A stretch of DNA of 64,000 bases from a bacterium. GTDB taxonomy: Bacteria; Patescibacteriota; Microgenomatia; Woykebacterales; RBG-16-39-9b. The position numbers and the translations under genes are program-made. Of the stretch, positions 56,849-64,000 are shown piece after piece (positions within the stretch are counted from its first letter, which is position 1; each line of letters begins with the position of its first letter). Location: assembly GCA_030704665.1 (NCBI GenBank), contig JAUYID010000009.1, positions 793,702 through 857,701 on the forward strand. Direction: 5' to 3'. The notes below the pieces were generated by a model. That model was given only the letters and a program-made list of their open reading frames with translations, made no database searches and was not told where the DNA came from.

Positions 56849-57508
56849 CTAGCCTTTTTGCACTAGCCTGTCAACGATTTTTTTGATTAGGTCCCAAGCA
56901 AAGCCACGGCGGGCCAAAAACTGACTAAGTTTTCGCCGAAATTCCTCCTTTGCTAAACCCCTCAAGGTTTTTGCTTTTTTCTGCGCAATCTTGTTTGCTT
57001 TTTCTTCTTCTGATTCAACTTTGTTCAAAACTTCGTTAACAACCTCTTTGTTGACCCCCTTCATGACTAGCTCACTTCTCAAGATTCTCTCTGAAATACT
57101 TCTTATTTCCCCTCTTTCTTTCACCCACCAACTAGCAAATTCAGTATCATTCAAATAATTAAGTTCTTTTAATTTAGCGGTAACTTGGTCCATGGAACCT
57201 AAGTATTCCTGCTTCTCTTCTTCGGTTTCCAGGTCTTTGAGCTTGCCCTTGTAGGTCAAATAGTCTTTGACTTCCTTTTCCGAGTGAGGTCGGGAGCCGA
57301 GGAAACGCAGGGCTTTGTTTAGTAGTCTTTCAACTTGATCTTTGTGAATGAGATCCTTAATTTCGCTGTCAGTAACTTGCCTACCGATTTTGAGCTTGTT
57401 GAGGTAAGCAATCTCGGCTGAACTTCCGAAAGCAAACTCCTCGTCAATGAAAACATTGACTCGGTCAGCTCTTTTCTTTTGTTTTTCTACAGCAGTAATT
57501 AAGCCCAT
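56849..57508 (-). CDS. recX: RecX-family regulatory protein
   Basis: 219-aa helical-repeat protein with RecX-like repeats (ALRFLGSRPHSEKEV, WVKERGEIRSISER). It lies downstream of recA with an intervening gene. Confidence 0.65.
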   Translation of the reverse strand: MGLITAVEKQKKRADRVNVFIDEEFAFGSSAEIAYLNKLKIGRQVTDSEIKDLIHKDQVERLLNKALRFLGSRPHSEKEVKDYLTYKGKLKDLETEEEKQEYLGSMDQVTAKLKELNYLNDTEFASWWVKERGEIRSISERILRSELVMKGVNKEVVNEVLNKVESEEEKANKIAQKKAKTLRGLAKEEFRRKLSQFLARRGFAWDLIKKIVDRLVQKG

Positions 57509-57581
57509 ATAAATTGATTTTGAGGTTACTTTTTAGTATAATACGCCGTAACTGAGCGGAATTCAAAGAAGGAGTCTGATC

Positions 57582-58040
57582 ATGCCGATTCCAGGTGTTG
57601 TCATAGTGAAAGGTGAGACCCTCGTTGCTGACGAACAGGTCGTGATTACCCAACATGGTAAAGATCTCGTCTGCACTGTTCAGCTCATGGAGAGTAAGGT
57701 CTGGGCAGTTCACCCGAAACTCATCAACGAGGGAAGAGTGTGTATCTGGCCGCGCGACAAAATCGCCAAGTACAACTCGAGGAAGGCTAGTCCCCAACCG
57801 AAGTACAAGCTTGTCCGCGCCCGAGAAGCCACTGGCCTCTATCCCGTCCTTTACGAGGGGAGAACCCTGAAAGTTGTTCCACGCTGGGGACAGAGTCCGG
57901 AGTTCTGGGATGGTGGGGCCAAGGTCAAGGTCCCTGACAACGACTTCGTCATCATCAAGATTGAAGAAACCCACCCAGCTGCAGCAACAAAACCTTCTCT
58001 CTGGAAGCGCCCACTGAAAACACTAGGCATCGTGAAGTAG
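57582..58040 (+). CDS. hypothetical protein, GC-rich relative to flanks, strong SD
   Basis: 152 aa, preceded by a perfect RBS (GAAGGAGtctgatcATG). The region is visibly more GC-rich than its neighbours. I preferred it over the overlapping minus ORF 57465-57974, which overlaps the recX start and lacks an RBS. Confidence 0.5.
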   Translation: MPIPGVVIVKGETLVADEQVVITQHGKDLVCTVQLMESKVWAVHPKLINEGRVCIWPRDKIAKYNSRKASPQPKYKLVRAREATGLYPVLYEGRTLKVVPRWGQSPEFWDGGAKVKVPDNDFVIIKIEETHPAAATKPSLWKRPLKTLGIVK

Positions 58041-58065
58041 ACGTCAGCCACGGACTGCTCAAACC

Positions 58066-58092
58066 CAGTCGGAGAGAAACTCTTTCCGACTG
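58066..58092. terminator. stem-loop (8-bp stem CAGTCGGA/TCCGACTG, 11-nt loop) between convergent recA and the + strand ORF
   Basis: Read directly from the sequence. There is no strong U-tract, so it could serve either strand or neither. Confidence 0.35.
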
Positions 58093-58094
58093 GT

Positions 58095-59123
58095 TTAGTC
58101 CTCCTCTGGACCTACAACCATCGGAGTTTTACCATTCGCCATTGCTTCTCGAACTTTTTTGTCAATCTCAGCATAGATCTTGGTGTTTTCAGCTAAATAC
58201 ATTTTGGCTGCTTCCCGTCCCTGAGCAATTTTTTGTTTGTCATACTCAAACCAAGCTCCGGCTTTTTGGATGATTCCAGTATCAACTGCGGCATCGAGCA
58301 TCGAGCCTTCCCGGGAAATACCTTTGTCAAACATAATGTCGAACTCGACTGTTCGAAAGGGCGGCGCAACTTTGTTTTTGACGACTTTGACTTTGACTTT
58401 GTTGCCCACCACTCGGTCTCCATCGGTAATGCTCTCAACCCGACGGACCTCAAGACGTACTGAGGAGTAAAACTTCAAGGCTCGTCCACCCGGGGTCACC
58501 TCAGGATTGCCGAACATGATTCCCACCTTTTCCCGCAGCTGGTTGATGAAAACTACCAAAGTGTTTGATTTGGAAATTGCACTAGTAAGCTTTCTCATTG
58601 CTTGAGACATAAGCCTAGCCTGAAGACCGACGACCGCATCCCCCATATCCCCTTCAACCTCAGCGCGAGGAACTAGAGCCGCCACCGAATCAATGACCAC
58701 AATATCAATTGCTCCGCTGCGAACTAAAGTCTCAACTATCTCGAGAGCTTGCTCACCGGTATCTGGTTGGGAAATAAGCAATTCTTTGATGTTAACCCCG
58801 ATTGTTTCCGCTCGCTGTGGGTCCAGTGCATGCTCAGCATCGACAAAAGCGGCAGTTCCCCCTTTTTTCTGAGCCTCAGCAACGACATGAAGAGCAAGAG
58901 TCGTTTTTCCGCCGCCTTCCGGGCCAAAAATTTCCACAATTCTTCCTTTTGGCAAACCCCCGACTCCAAGAGCCATGTCCAAACCCAAAGACCCGGTCGG
59001 AATGACATCTACATTCATCTTGTCCCCAGCTTCTCCGAGCTTCATGATCGCGCCTTTACCAAACTGTTTTTCGATTTCCGCCATTGCAGTTTTGATGGCT
59101 TCTAGTTTTCCGTCTGTAGACAT
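58095..59123 (-). CDS. recA: recombinase RecA
   Basis: 342 aa with Walker [13 protein letters not shown] and RecA L1/L2 loops. The ends KLGEAGDK and [15 protein letters not shown] are canonical. Confidence 0.95.
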   Translation of the reverse strand: MSTDGKLEAIKTAMAEIEKQFGKGAIMKLGEAGDKMNVDVIPTGSLGLDMALGVGGLPKGRIVEIFGPEGGGKTTLALHVVAEAQKKGGTAAFVDAEHALDPQRAETIGVNIKELLISQPDTGEQALEIVETLVRSGAIDIVVIDSVAALVPRAEVEGDMGDAVVGLQARLMSQAMRKLTSAISKSNTLVVFINQLREKVGIMFGNPEVTPGGRALKFYSSVRLEVRRVESITDGDRVVGNKVKVKVVKNKVAPPFRTVEFDIMFDKGISREGSMLDAAVDTGIIQKAGAWFEYDKQKIAQGREAAKMYLAENTKIYAEIDKKVREAMANGKTPMVVGPEED

Positions 59124-59267
59124 GTGAATTCCTCCTTAAAAATTAGTCTTATAAGAGTAGATATTATCGTTAACGTACCATAAGAAATGGGGTGTGACAA
59201 GCGATCATTTTTGGGGATTTTTCTGGATGGTTGCTTTTAAATCCTGCTTTGCTCTAAAATAAAGATA

Positions 59268-59474
59268 ATGGACAAAAGCTTTAGGTCAGTACTCACTCTA
59301 GTTGCCTTCATCAGTATTTTGGTCTGTGCTTTGCTCGCCATTGCTTTGATTCTTGATCTTGCTCCTTCTGAGGAACTTCGCACCGCACTCTCAAAAACTC
59401 TGCAGGTCCTAGGAGTGATAGCAATCGCTTCCCTTGCCATTTCATTTATCTTTTCCCTAACCAACAAATCTTAA
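59268..59474 (+). CDS. small hypothetical 2-TM membrane protein
   Basis: 68 aa and hydrophobic. The coding assignment is weak. Confidence 0.3.
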   Translation: MDKSFRSVLTLVAFISILVCALLAIALILDLAPSEELRTALSKTLQVLGVIAIASLAISFIFSLTNKS

Positions 59475-59589
59475 AATTTTTCTAGCATTGAAGATTGACC
59501 GCAAAGTAAATATAATCTGCTAACTCCTTTAGTTCGGGGAGTAGGACTTTTTTGAGAGTTATATCAAAAAAGATCCTGCGGGCTTTAAA

Positions 59590-59645
59590 AGCCCTTAGTT
59601 CAGTGGTAGGCTAGTCTTACCGACTGGTCCTCCCACTTCACAAAT
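59590..59645 (+). other. tRNA-like remnant sharing the 14-nt D-arm segment TAGTTCAGTGGTAG with the downstream tRNA-Pro but lacking a T-arm or acceptor pairing
   Basis: The segment 59596-59609 is identical to 59662-59675 of tRNA-Pro. I could not find a canonical cloverleaf on either strand. Confidence 0.3.
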
Positions 59646-59654
59646 TAATAATAT

Positions 59655-59729
59655 CGGGGTGTAGTTCAGTGGTAGAACGCAGGGCTGGGGGTCCTGATGT
59701 CGTAGGTTCGATTCCTATCACCCCGACCA
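59655..59729 (+). tRNA. tRNA-Pro (anticodon GGG)
   Basis: cggggtgtagttcagtggtagaacgcagggctgggggtcctgatgtcgtaggttcgattcctatcaccccgacca. It has a 7-bp acceptor stem, anticodon loop cuGGGgg with U33 and G37, a T-loop TTCGATT and an encoded CCA. Confidence 0.8.
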
Positions 59730-59795
59730 AGGTTTTTGAAGCTAAAACCCTTCTCAACCCTAAAATTTAATCGAACCTTATGCTAGAATTTAGGG

Positions 59796-60515
59796 GTGAA
59801 TATTTTGTTTTTTCTCTCCGCCTATGTCGCTGAAATCATTGGCACAACTGCTGGTTTTGGCTCCTCCACTGTTTTTCTCCCATTAGCGTTACTGTTTTTT
59901 GATTTTCGGACAGCTTTAGTCTTAGTTGCTTTCCTTCATATTGCCGGAAGTATCGGCAGGATTAGTTTTTTCCGATACGGGTTAGACCGAAATCTTATTA
60001 TTAAGTTCGGGATTCCTAGCGTTGTATTAACTTTGGTCGGGGCTTTACTTGTTGCTCAACTTAACCAAGAGGTTTTGAAAGGTATTCTTGGTACCTTCTT
60101 AATAATGTACGCCAGTTACTCTCTTTGGAAGGAAATTTTTCAGTTTAGTGCTACAACAACCAATGCAGTGATTGGTGGAAGTCTGTCTGGATTTCTGGCC
60201 GGACTCATTGGAACAGGAGGGGCCTTGAGAGGAGCGTTTCTGACTGCCTTTGGGTTACCAAAAGAAAAGTATATTGCCACCGCTGCTTCTATCGCCCTTG
60301 CGGTTGACTTAACAAGAATTCCGGTCTACCTACAACAAGGCTTCTTAGACCAAAAGTATTACTGGTATTTACCGGTGTTAGTAGTTTTGGCTTTTGCGGG
60401 CTCGTTTACTGGAAAACAAATCGTTCAACGTTTGCCCCAAGATAAATTTAAGAAAGTTGTTTTGGTAGCAATTCTCTTGATTGGTTTGAAGTTTATTTAC
60501 GATTGGTTGTTTTAA
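59796..60515 (+). CDS. TauE/SafE (DUF81) family sulfite/anion exporter
   Basis: 239 aa with 7-8 TM helices and Gly-rich G-x-G-G-G motifs in TM1 and TM5 (GTTAGFGSS; GLIGTGGALRG). Confidence 0.7.
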   Translation: MNILFFLSAYVAEIIGTTAGFGSSTVFLPLALLFFDFRTALVLVAFLHIAGSIGRISFFRYGLDRNLIIKFGIPSVVLTLVGALLVAQLNQEVLKGILGTFLIMYASYSLWKEIFQFSATTTNAVIGGSLSGFLAGLIGTGGALRGAFLTAFGLPKEKYIATAASIALAVDLTRIPVYLQQGFLDQKYYWYLPVLVVLAFAGSFTGKQIVQRLPQDKFKKVVLVAILLIGLKFIYDWLF

Positions 60516-60690
60516 CTAGCCAAGAAAAACCTATTTAGGTTCGCGGGGCTGAAATCTAAAGAGTTCGTCTGAGGACAAAGTTTCCTGATACGTCCAACAA
60601 GGCCGACCAACACAATTTGTGCCTGAGTTACTCTATATCATAATATATCAAGGCTGAAGTGTTATCTAACCTCTGAGGCTAATAAGCACG

Positions 60691-61407
60691 TCAATTAGAT
60701 ACAATTAGACTTGCAGACATTGTTGAAGCGTGAGCACTACAGTGGTAATTATATTGACCTAAAGTCGTGAAGATTTGAGAAAAAGTTTGTCCTTGAGTTA
60801 ACTCTCTTGAGTTCTGTTGTGGAAAATAAGTGTGTTCTGGGTGAGTTTCTGTATTAACAAAGTGTCCAACACTATCTTGATTTACCCAAACAACTTTAGT
60901 TCCTGGTGAAATAATTACTTTATCCTCCCCAAACTTAATATCTTTCATTTCAATCGCAACTTCTGTTTGACCTCTTAAATCTTTGTATGAGGCTTTTTTT
61001 GAAAAATCAATTGTAAAGGAAAAATTACCCTCGTGGCAGCTATCGTCAGGCCAACAAGCCGTATATTTTACTAAATATTCGCCATTAAGCATCTCTCCCT
61101 TAAGCATCCTCTTCAGAGCTGTTTTGGAATCCTCAATTAAAACTTCTCCCTCTGACCACTCCTTCCCAGATTTATCAGTAACAGATACCCTACTTTTATC
61201 TGAGAGGTCAAAATCAAAGTTTATTGTCACGTTTATTGGTTGGGCTGCATAAGTTTCGTTGTGTAGTGGGGTTGAGTCCAGGAAATGAGGGGTTTTCTTC
61301 TGTCCCTTGGAGGAAGTTTTGTCTTGGTTGAGAAAAAACACCACTCCAACCACAATCAGTAAAGAAGTAGCAGCTATCCCAGTTAAAATTATATAAGTTC
61401 GTTTCAT
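60691..61407 (-). CDS. membrane-anchored CopC-like domain fused to a type-1 copper cupredoxin domain
   Basis: 238 aa. The CopC-like segment ...VKYTACWPDDSCHEGNFSFTI is followed by a plastocyanin-like C-terminus with H...C-x2-H-x4-M ligands (YNYHCSAHASTM). Confidence 0.55.
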   Translation of the reverse strand: MKRTYIILTGIAATSLLIVVGVVFFLNQDKTSSKGQKKTPHFLDSTPLHNETYAAQPINVTINFDFDLSDKSRVSVTDKSGKEWSEGEVLIEDSKTALKRMLKGEMLNGEYLVKYTACWPDDSCHEGNFSFTIDFSKKASYKDLRGQTEVAIEMKDIKFGEDKVIISPGTKVVWVNQDSVGHFVNTETHPEHTYFPQQNSRELTQGQTFSQIFTTLGQYNYHCSAHASTMSASLIVSN

Positions 61408-61892
61408 AACTTAACTGAGAAGCCAAAAGAACCTTGATGGCAGCTTCCATCTGGCCAGCAAGCAGAATAAGAAACGGAGTAGTTTCCAGTTTGAGAGGTG
61501 TTTATAGGTACATTAATATTAAGCTTATCGGAACTTATTTGCTTTTCTCCGGTAACAACACTAACCCCATCGCGTGTGACTTCAATAGTCGAGTTGTTCG
61601 CCAGGTCAAAGTTAAACTGAATTGATACCTGATTTAAACTTGTGGTTAACAGCTCATTATTGGCTGGGGCGCTAGACACATAATGGGGCGTCTTAATGTT
61701 TTGAAAAGTTTCCTGGATAAACTCTGTGTTTGTAGGGATTGTTGAGGTAGCCTCGTCTGTTGAATTTGTAGAAGAAGTTAGTGAAGATGTTGTGTCCTCA
61801 CCTGTCTTAATATTGTTGTAGTAAAGGATAAGAACTACGGTGATTAATGCCAAAATTACTACGCCAGCTGAAATAATCGCCACTTTTTTCAT
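61404..61892 (-). CDS. membrane-anchored CopC-like copper-binding protein
   Basis: 162 aa. YSACWPDGSCHQGSFGFSV is paralogous to the CopC-like segment of the preceding gene. Confidence 0.5.
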   Translation of the reverse strand: MKKVAIISAGVVILALITVVLILYYNNIKTGEDTTSSLTSSTNSTDEATSTIPTNTEFIQETFQNIKTPHYVSSAPANNELLTTSLNQVSIQFNFDLANNSTIEVTRDGVSVVTGEKQISSDKLNINVPINTSQTGNYSVSYSACWPDGSCHQGSFGFSVKL

Positions 61893-62143
61893 ATTAAAGC
61901 TATTCTAACACATAAAATTAAAATCCTGACTGAAAACGGTTTAAATTTGCAGGAGAGAAATTAAAAGAATTTAATTGAGACCAGAGGTGCCTGAAGTTTC
62001 TTAACACAAGATTCTTTAGAATTTTACATCGTCTACCTGTCTTACAGCTCCAAAGCCGAGCAAAAACGAAATATACCCGTCCACAATTCCTTTATTAAAA
62101 TAACCAGTTTGCGATACTTACAAGAAAGGATATAATTTACTCA

Positions 62144-62719
62144 ATGGTCGAGAATCCAAATTCAACAAACCAACCAAACACTCCCAATAATAAAGTGAGT
62201 AGTTTGTCTAAAAGGAAACTGGTTTGGGTGGTTTCAATAATTGCCCTGATAATATTAGCTGTTGTATTGTACTTAACTTTTGTATCGGACAACCAAAAGA
62301 CAACTGATACGAACAAGGCCGATAATAAAACGGCAACAAAAAGTGTTGGAAAAAATTCAACCGCAGCAAATACTAAAGAAGATACGAAAACGGTCGAGGA
62401 GGGTGCTACTACTCAGAAAGAGGGGGAATTAATTATTACTGAAAAAGACTTTGGTCAGTTCTTTGCCATAAGTAATGGCCAACAAGTTTTTCTGAGGTTG
62501 TCAAACAAGTACAGTTGGTCAGAAACAGAACCAAAGACCACCGGGGAAATTACGTTAGTTCCGACTAACTATAAAACTGACCCAGGTTTCAAAGAATGGC
62601 AGGTGAACTACACAACCTCTTCAACCGCAACTATTGAATCAAATATCACAACCGGAACACTGGGAACAGATGCGGAAATTACAAAGTTCTTTGTCACCCT
62701 AAAAATCCAAAAGATCTAA
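62144..62719 (+). CDS. hypothetical membrane-anchored protein
   Basis: 191 aa with an N-terminal TM helix. A TTGCGA-16-TATAAT promoter-like sequence sits immediately upstream, about 62114-62141. Confidence 0.45.
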   Translation: MVENPNSTNQPNTPNNKVSSLSKRKLVWVVSIIALIILAVVLYLTFVSDNQKTTDTNKADNKTATKSVGKNSTAANTKEDTKTVEEGATTQKEGELIITEKDFGQFFAISNGQQVFLRLSNKYSWSETEPKTTGEITLVPTNYKTDPGFKEWQVNYTTSSTATIESNITTGTLGTDAEITKFFVTLKIQKI

Positions 62720-62804
62720 AGAAGTGTTCCTAAGTCCAGAGATTTCTCAAATTGCCTGCTGCGCGAAGCTTTAGCGAAGTGTAGTCCAACAAGGACGACC
62801 AAAT

Positions 62805-63089
62805 TTAGGCAAGTTTTGCTCGATGTTGAAGAATGTTAGCCCATGTTAAGGCCTCTTCGGCCCAAACTTCGTCGTATGAAGATTTGCTCTTTAATTCGTT
62901 AAAGGCAGATTTGAAATCCTGAATTGTTTTTTCAAACCGAGAATTCTTCTTAACATTTTCTAATTCAATTAAATAATCTTGAGTCTCACTAATAAAGGCG
63001 GGGATCCGTGCTGTCTTTCCCTCATCTGCCCAACGACCCAGTCTCCCTAAATTTACAGCAATGTTTAAAGTTATTTCTTGTGCAGTCAT
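62805..63089 (-). CDS. hypothetical protein
   Basis: 94 aa. It overlaps the upstream gene by 4 nt. Confidence 0.4.
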   Translation of the reverse strand: MTAQEITLNIAVNLGRLGRWADEGKTARIPAFISETQDYLIELENVKKNSRFEKTIQDFKSAFNELKSKSSYDEVWAEEALTWANILQHRAKLA

Positions 63090-63415
63090 TTTAGTAGCTT
63101 AATGATAATTTCTGTCATTGCCGAGCGGGTTTCCTCATCCAACACCTCACGACTATTATTGTTCTGAATAGGTCTTAAGTTTATCATTGAGTCGTAATCA
63201 ATTTCACCTGTTTCTAAATCTAAACCCCCACCCCAAAGACTGCTTTGCTTACTTCCGTTTTGCAACAACATTTGCTCTCCGTCAAAATGTCTTTTACCTC
63301 CGGCCGTTAGGATTTCTTTTTCAATATCGACGACTACTTTAATATAGCCATCAAACTCTTCGGCTGCTTTCTTGAGATTTTCTTCTGAGATTGACTTATC
63401 AATTAGTAACAACAT
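63086..63415 (-). CDS. DUF5674-like hypothetical protein
   Basis: 109 aa. The family assignment is from memory and weak. Confidence 0.4.
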   Translation of the reverse strand: MLLLIDKSISEENLKKAAEEFDGYIKVVVDIEKEILTAGGKRHFDGEQMLLQNGSKQSSLWGGGLDLETGEIDYDSMINLRPIQNNNSREVLDEETRSAMTEIIIKLLK

Positions 63416-63541
63416 ACAGCTGCCATTTTAACACGTAGTGAGAAAATATCGATCGTAATAATGATAAATGCAGTATTTCTCGGAAACTTCCCTTTGATCG
63501 ATATTCTAGCATTTTCTATAAAACCCCAAAACTTGACATAT

Positions 63542-63569
63542 ACGCCAGTTCTGTTACAATTCCAGTTAG
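63542..63569. promoter_or_regulatory. inverted repeat TGTTACAA-N12-TTGTAACA immediately upstream of the HTH gene start (operator-like)
   Basis: Read directly from the sequence. It lies 7 nt before the ATG at 63576. Confidence 0.3.
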
Positions 63570-63575
63570 ACTTGT

Positions 63576-64000
63576 AACAATTTCTATGGAAAAGGTAGCT
63601 AATTTGTACACAGCTCAGGAATTGGAAGAACTTCTCGGGAAGAAGTACTTTTATAGACAGGGAATATATCGACTTGCTGAAGACGGCAAAATAAACTCTT
63701 ACCAAGTCAGTGGTGTGTTGTATTTCTCCCGTGCTGAATTAACTCTGGCAGCTCTTAACAAACTGGTAGAACGAATCAGGTATAGATATCCTTGGGTGAC
63801 TAGGTTTCCACTAAAGGTTAGGGATACCGATAGTAAAGAGATAATAGTTTACGGGTTTCCTGATGGCAGAGAAATAGCGGCCGATACAGAAAGTGAAACA
63901 GAAGAAGATTTATTAAATAAACTTGAAATTCTACGAGAGGAGGTGACAAGAATGGCAGACATACCAGTTAACCCACCACATGAACCAGGACCACTACCCC
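63576..64000 (+). CDS. HTH_17/excisionase-family DNA-binding protein, 3' end beyond window
   Basis: An open ORF, not in the track because it has no stop. MEKVANLYTAQELEELLGKKYFYRQGIYRLAEDGKINSYQVSGVLYFSRAEL matches the Xis/AlpA-type HTH. Confidence 0.5.

Noticed and set aside
57465-57974. Minus-strand 169-aa ORF between recX and recA
   Set aside because: It overlaps the recX start codon region, has no RBS and has odd composition. The opposing plus ORF has a perfect Shine-Dalgarno.
59578-59594. Hairpin gcgggcttt-aaa-agcccg considered as a terminator or as the acceptor stem of a tRNA
   Set aside because: No U-tract follows, and no complementary 3' acceptor strand or T-arm lies downstream. I kept it only as part of the tRNA-like remnant.
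1-64000. CRISPR arrays
   Set aside because: I scanned the intergenic regions and found no regularly spaced direct repeats. The Cas4-like nuclease at 50934 has no cas neighbours.

Overview
This 64-kb window is a low-to-moderate GC region, most likely from a small-genome bacterium of the Patescibacteria/CPR type. I cannot verify phylum-level placement without a search. Genes are short and mostly on the minus strand. They include a split transketolase (N-terminal subunit only), a pentose-phosphate/glycolysis cluster (tkt-rpe-rpiB-gap), RNase Y, recX-recA, secD/secF, miaA/miaB, and the aminoacyl-tRNA synthetases gltX and aspS.

The backbone is housekeeping: translation, secretion, DNA repair (recJ, recA, recX, an MGMT-like protein), HU, three AI-2E-family transporters, two orphan histidine kinases and copper-binding CopC/cupredoxin proteins. 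I also called an RNase P RNA and two tRNAs (Gln-CTG and Pro-GGG).

The most notable feature is an integrative element of about 8.9 kb (about 31456-40354) inserted in-frame into the Mg-chelatase-like competence gene comM. It is bounded by attL/attR junctions with a GG core and 12-bp inverted arms. The element carries a large serine recombinase whose ORF reads across the junction into the comM 3' portion. It also carries an AlpA-like HTH, a replication module (C-terminal CHC2 zinc-finger protein plus a P-loop NTPase), a lone phage terminase small subunit, a secreted thermonuclease with an Excalibur domain, a DUF3761 protein and several unknowns. This gene set is the signature of a PICI-like phage satellite. 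To my knowledge such satellites have not been described in this kind of organism, and the serine-recombinase architecture is unusual. I propose this as the candidate novel system.

Other oddities are listed under findings. They include an in-frame TAA inside a glycerate kinase gene, an Rpe homologue with metal-ligand His replaced by Gln, a GC-rich gene wedged between recX and recA, three nucleoside 2-deoxyribosyltransferase-like paralogs, an intergenic repeat cluster and a tRNA-like remnant. All calls rest on reading the sequence and ORF track by eye and on remembered family motifs. No database search was run.
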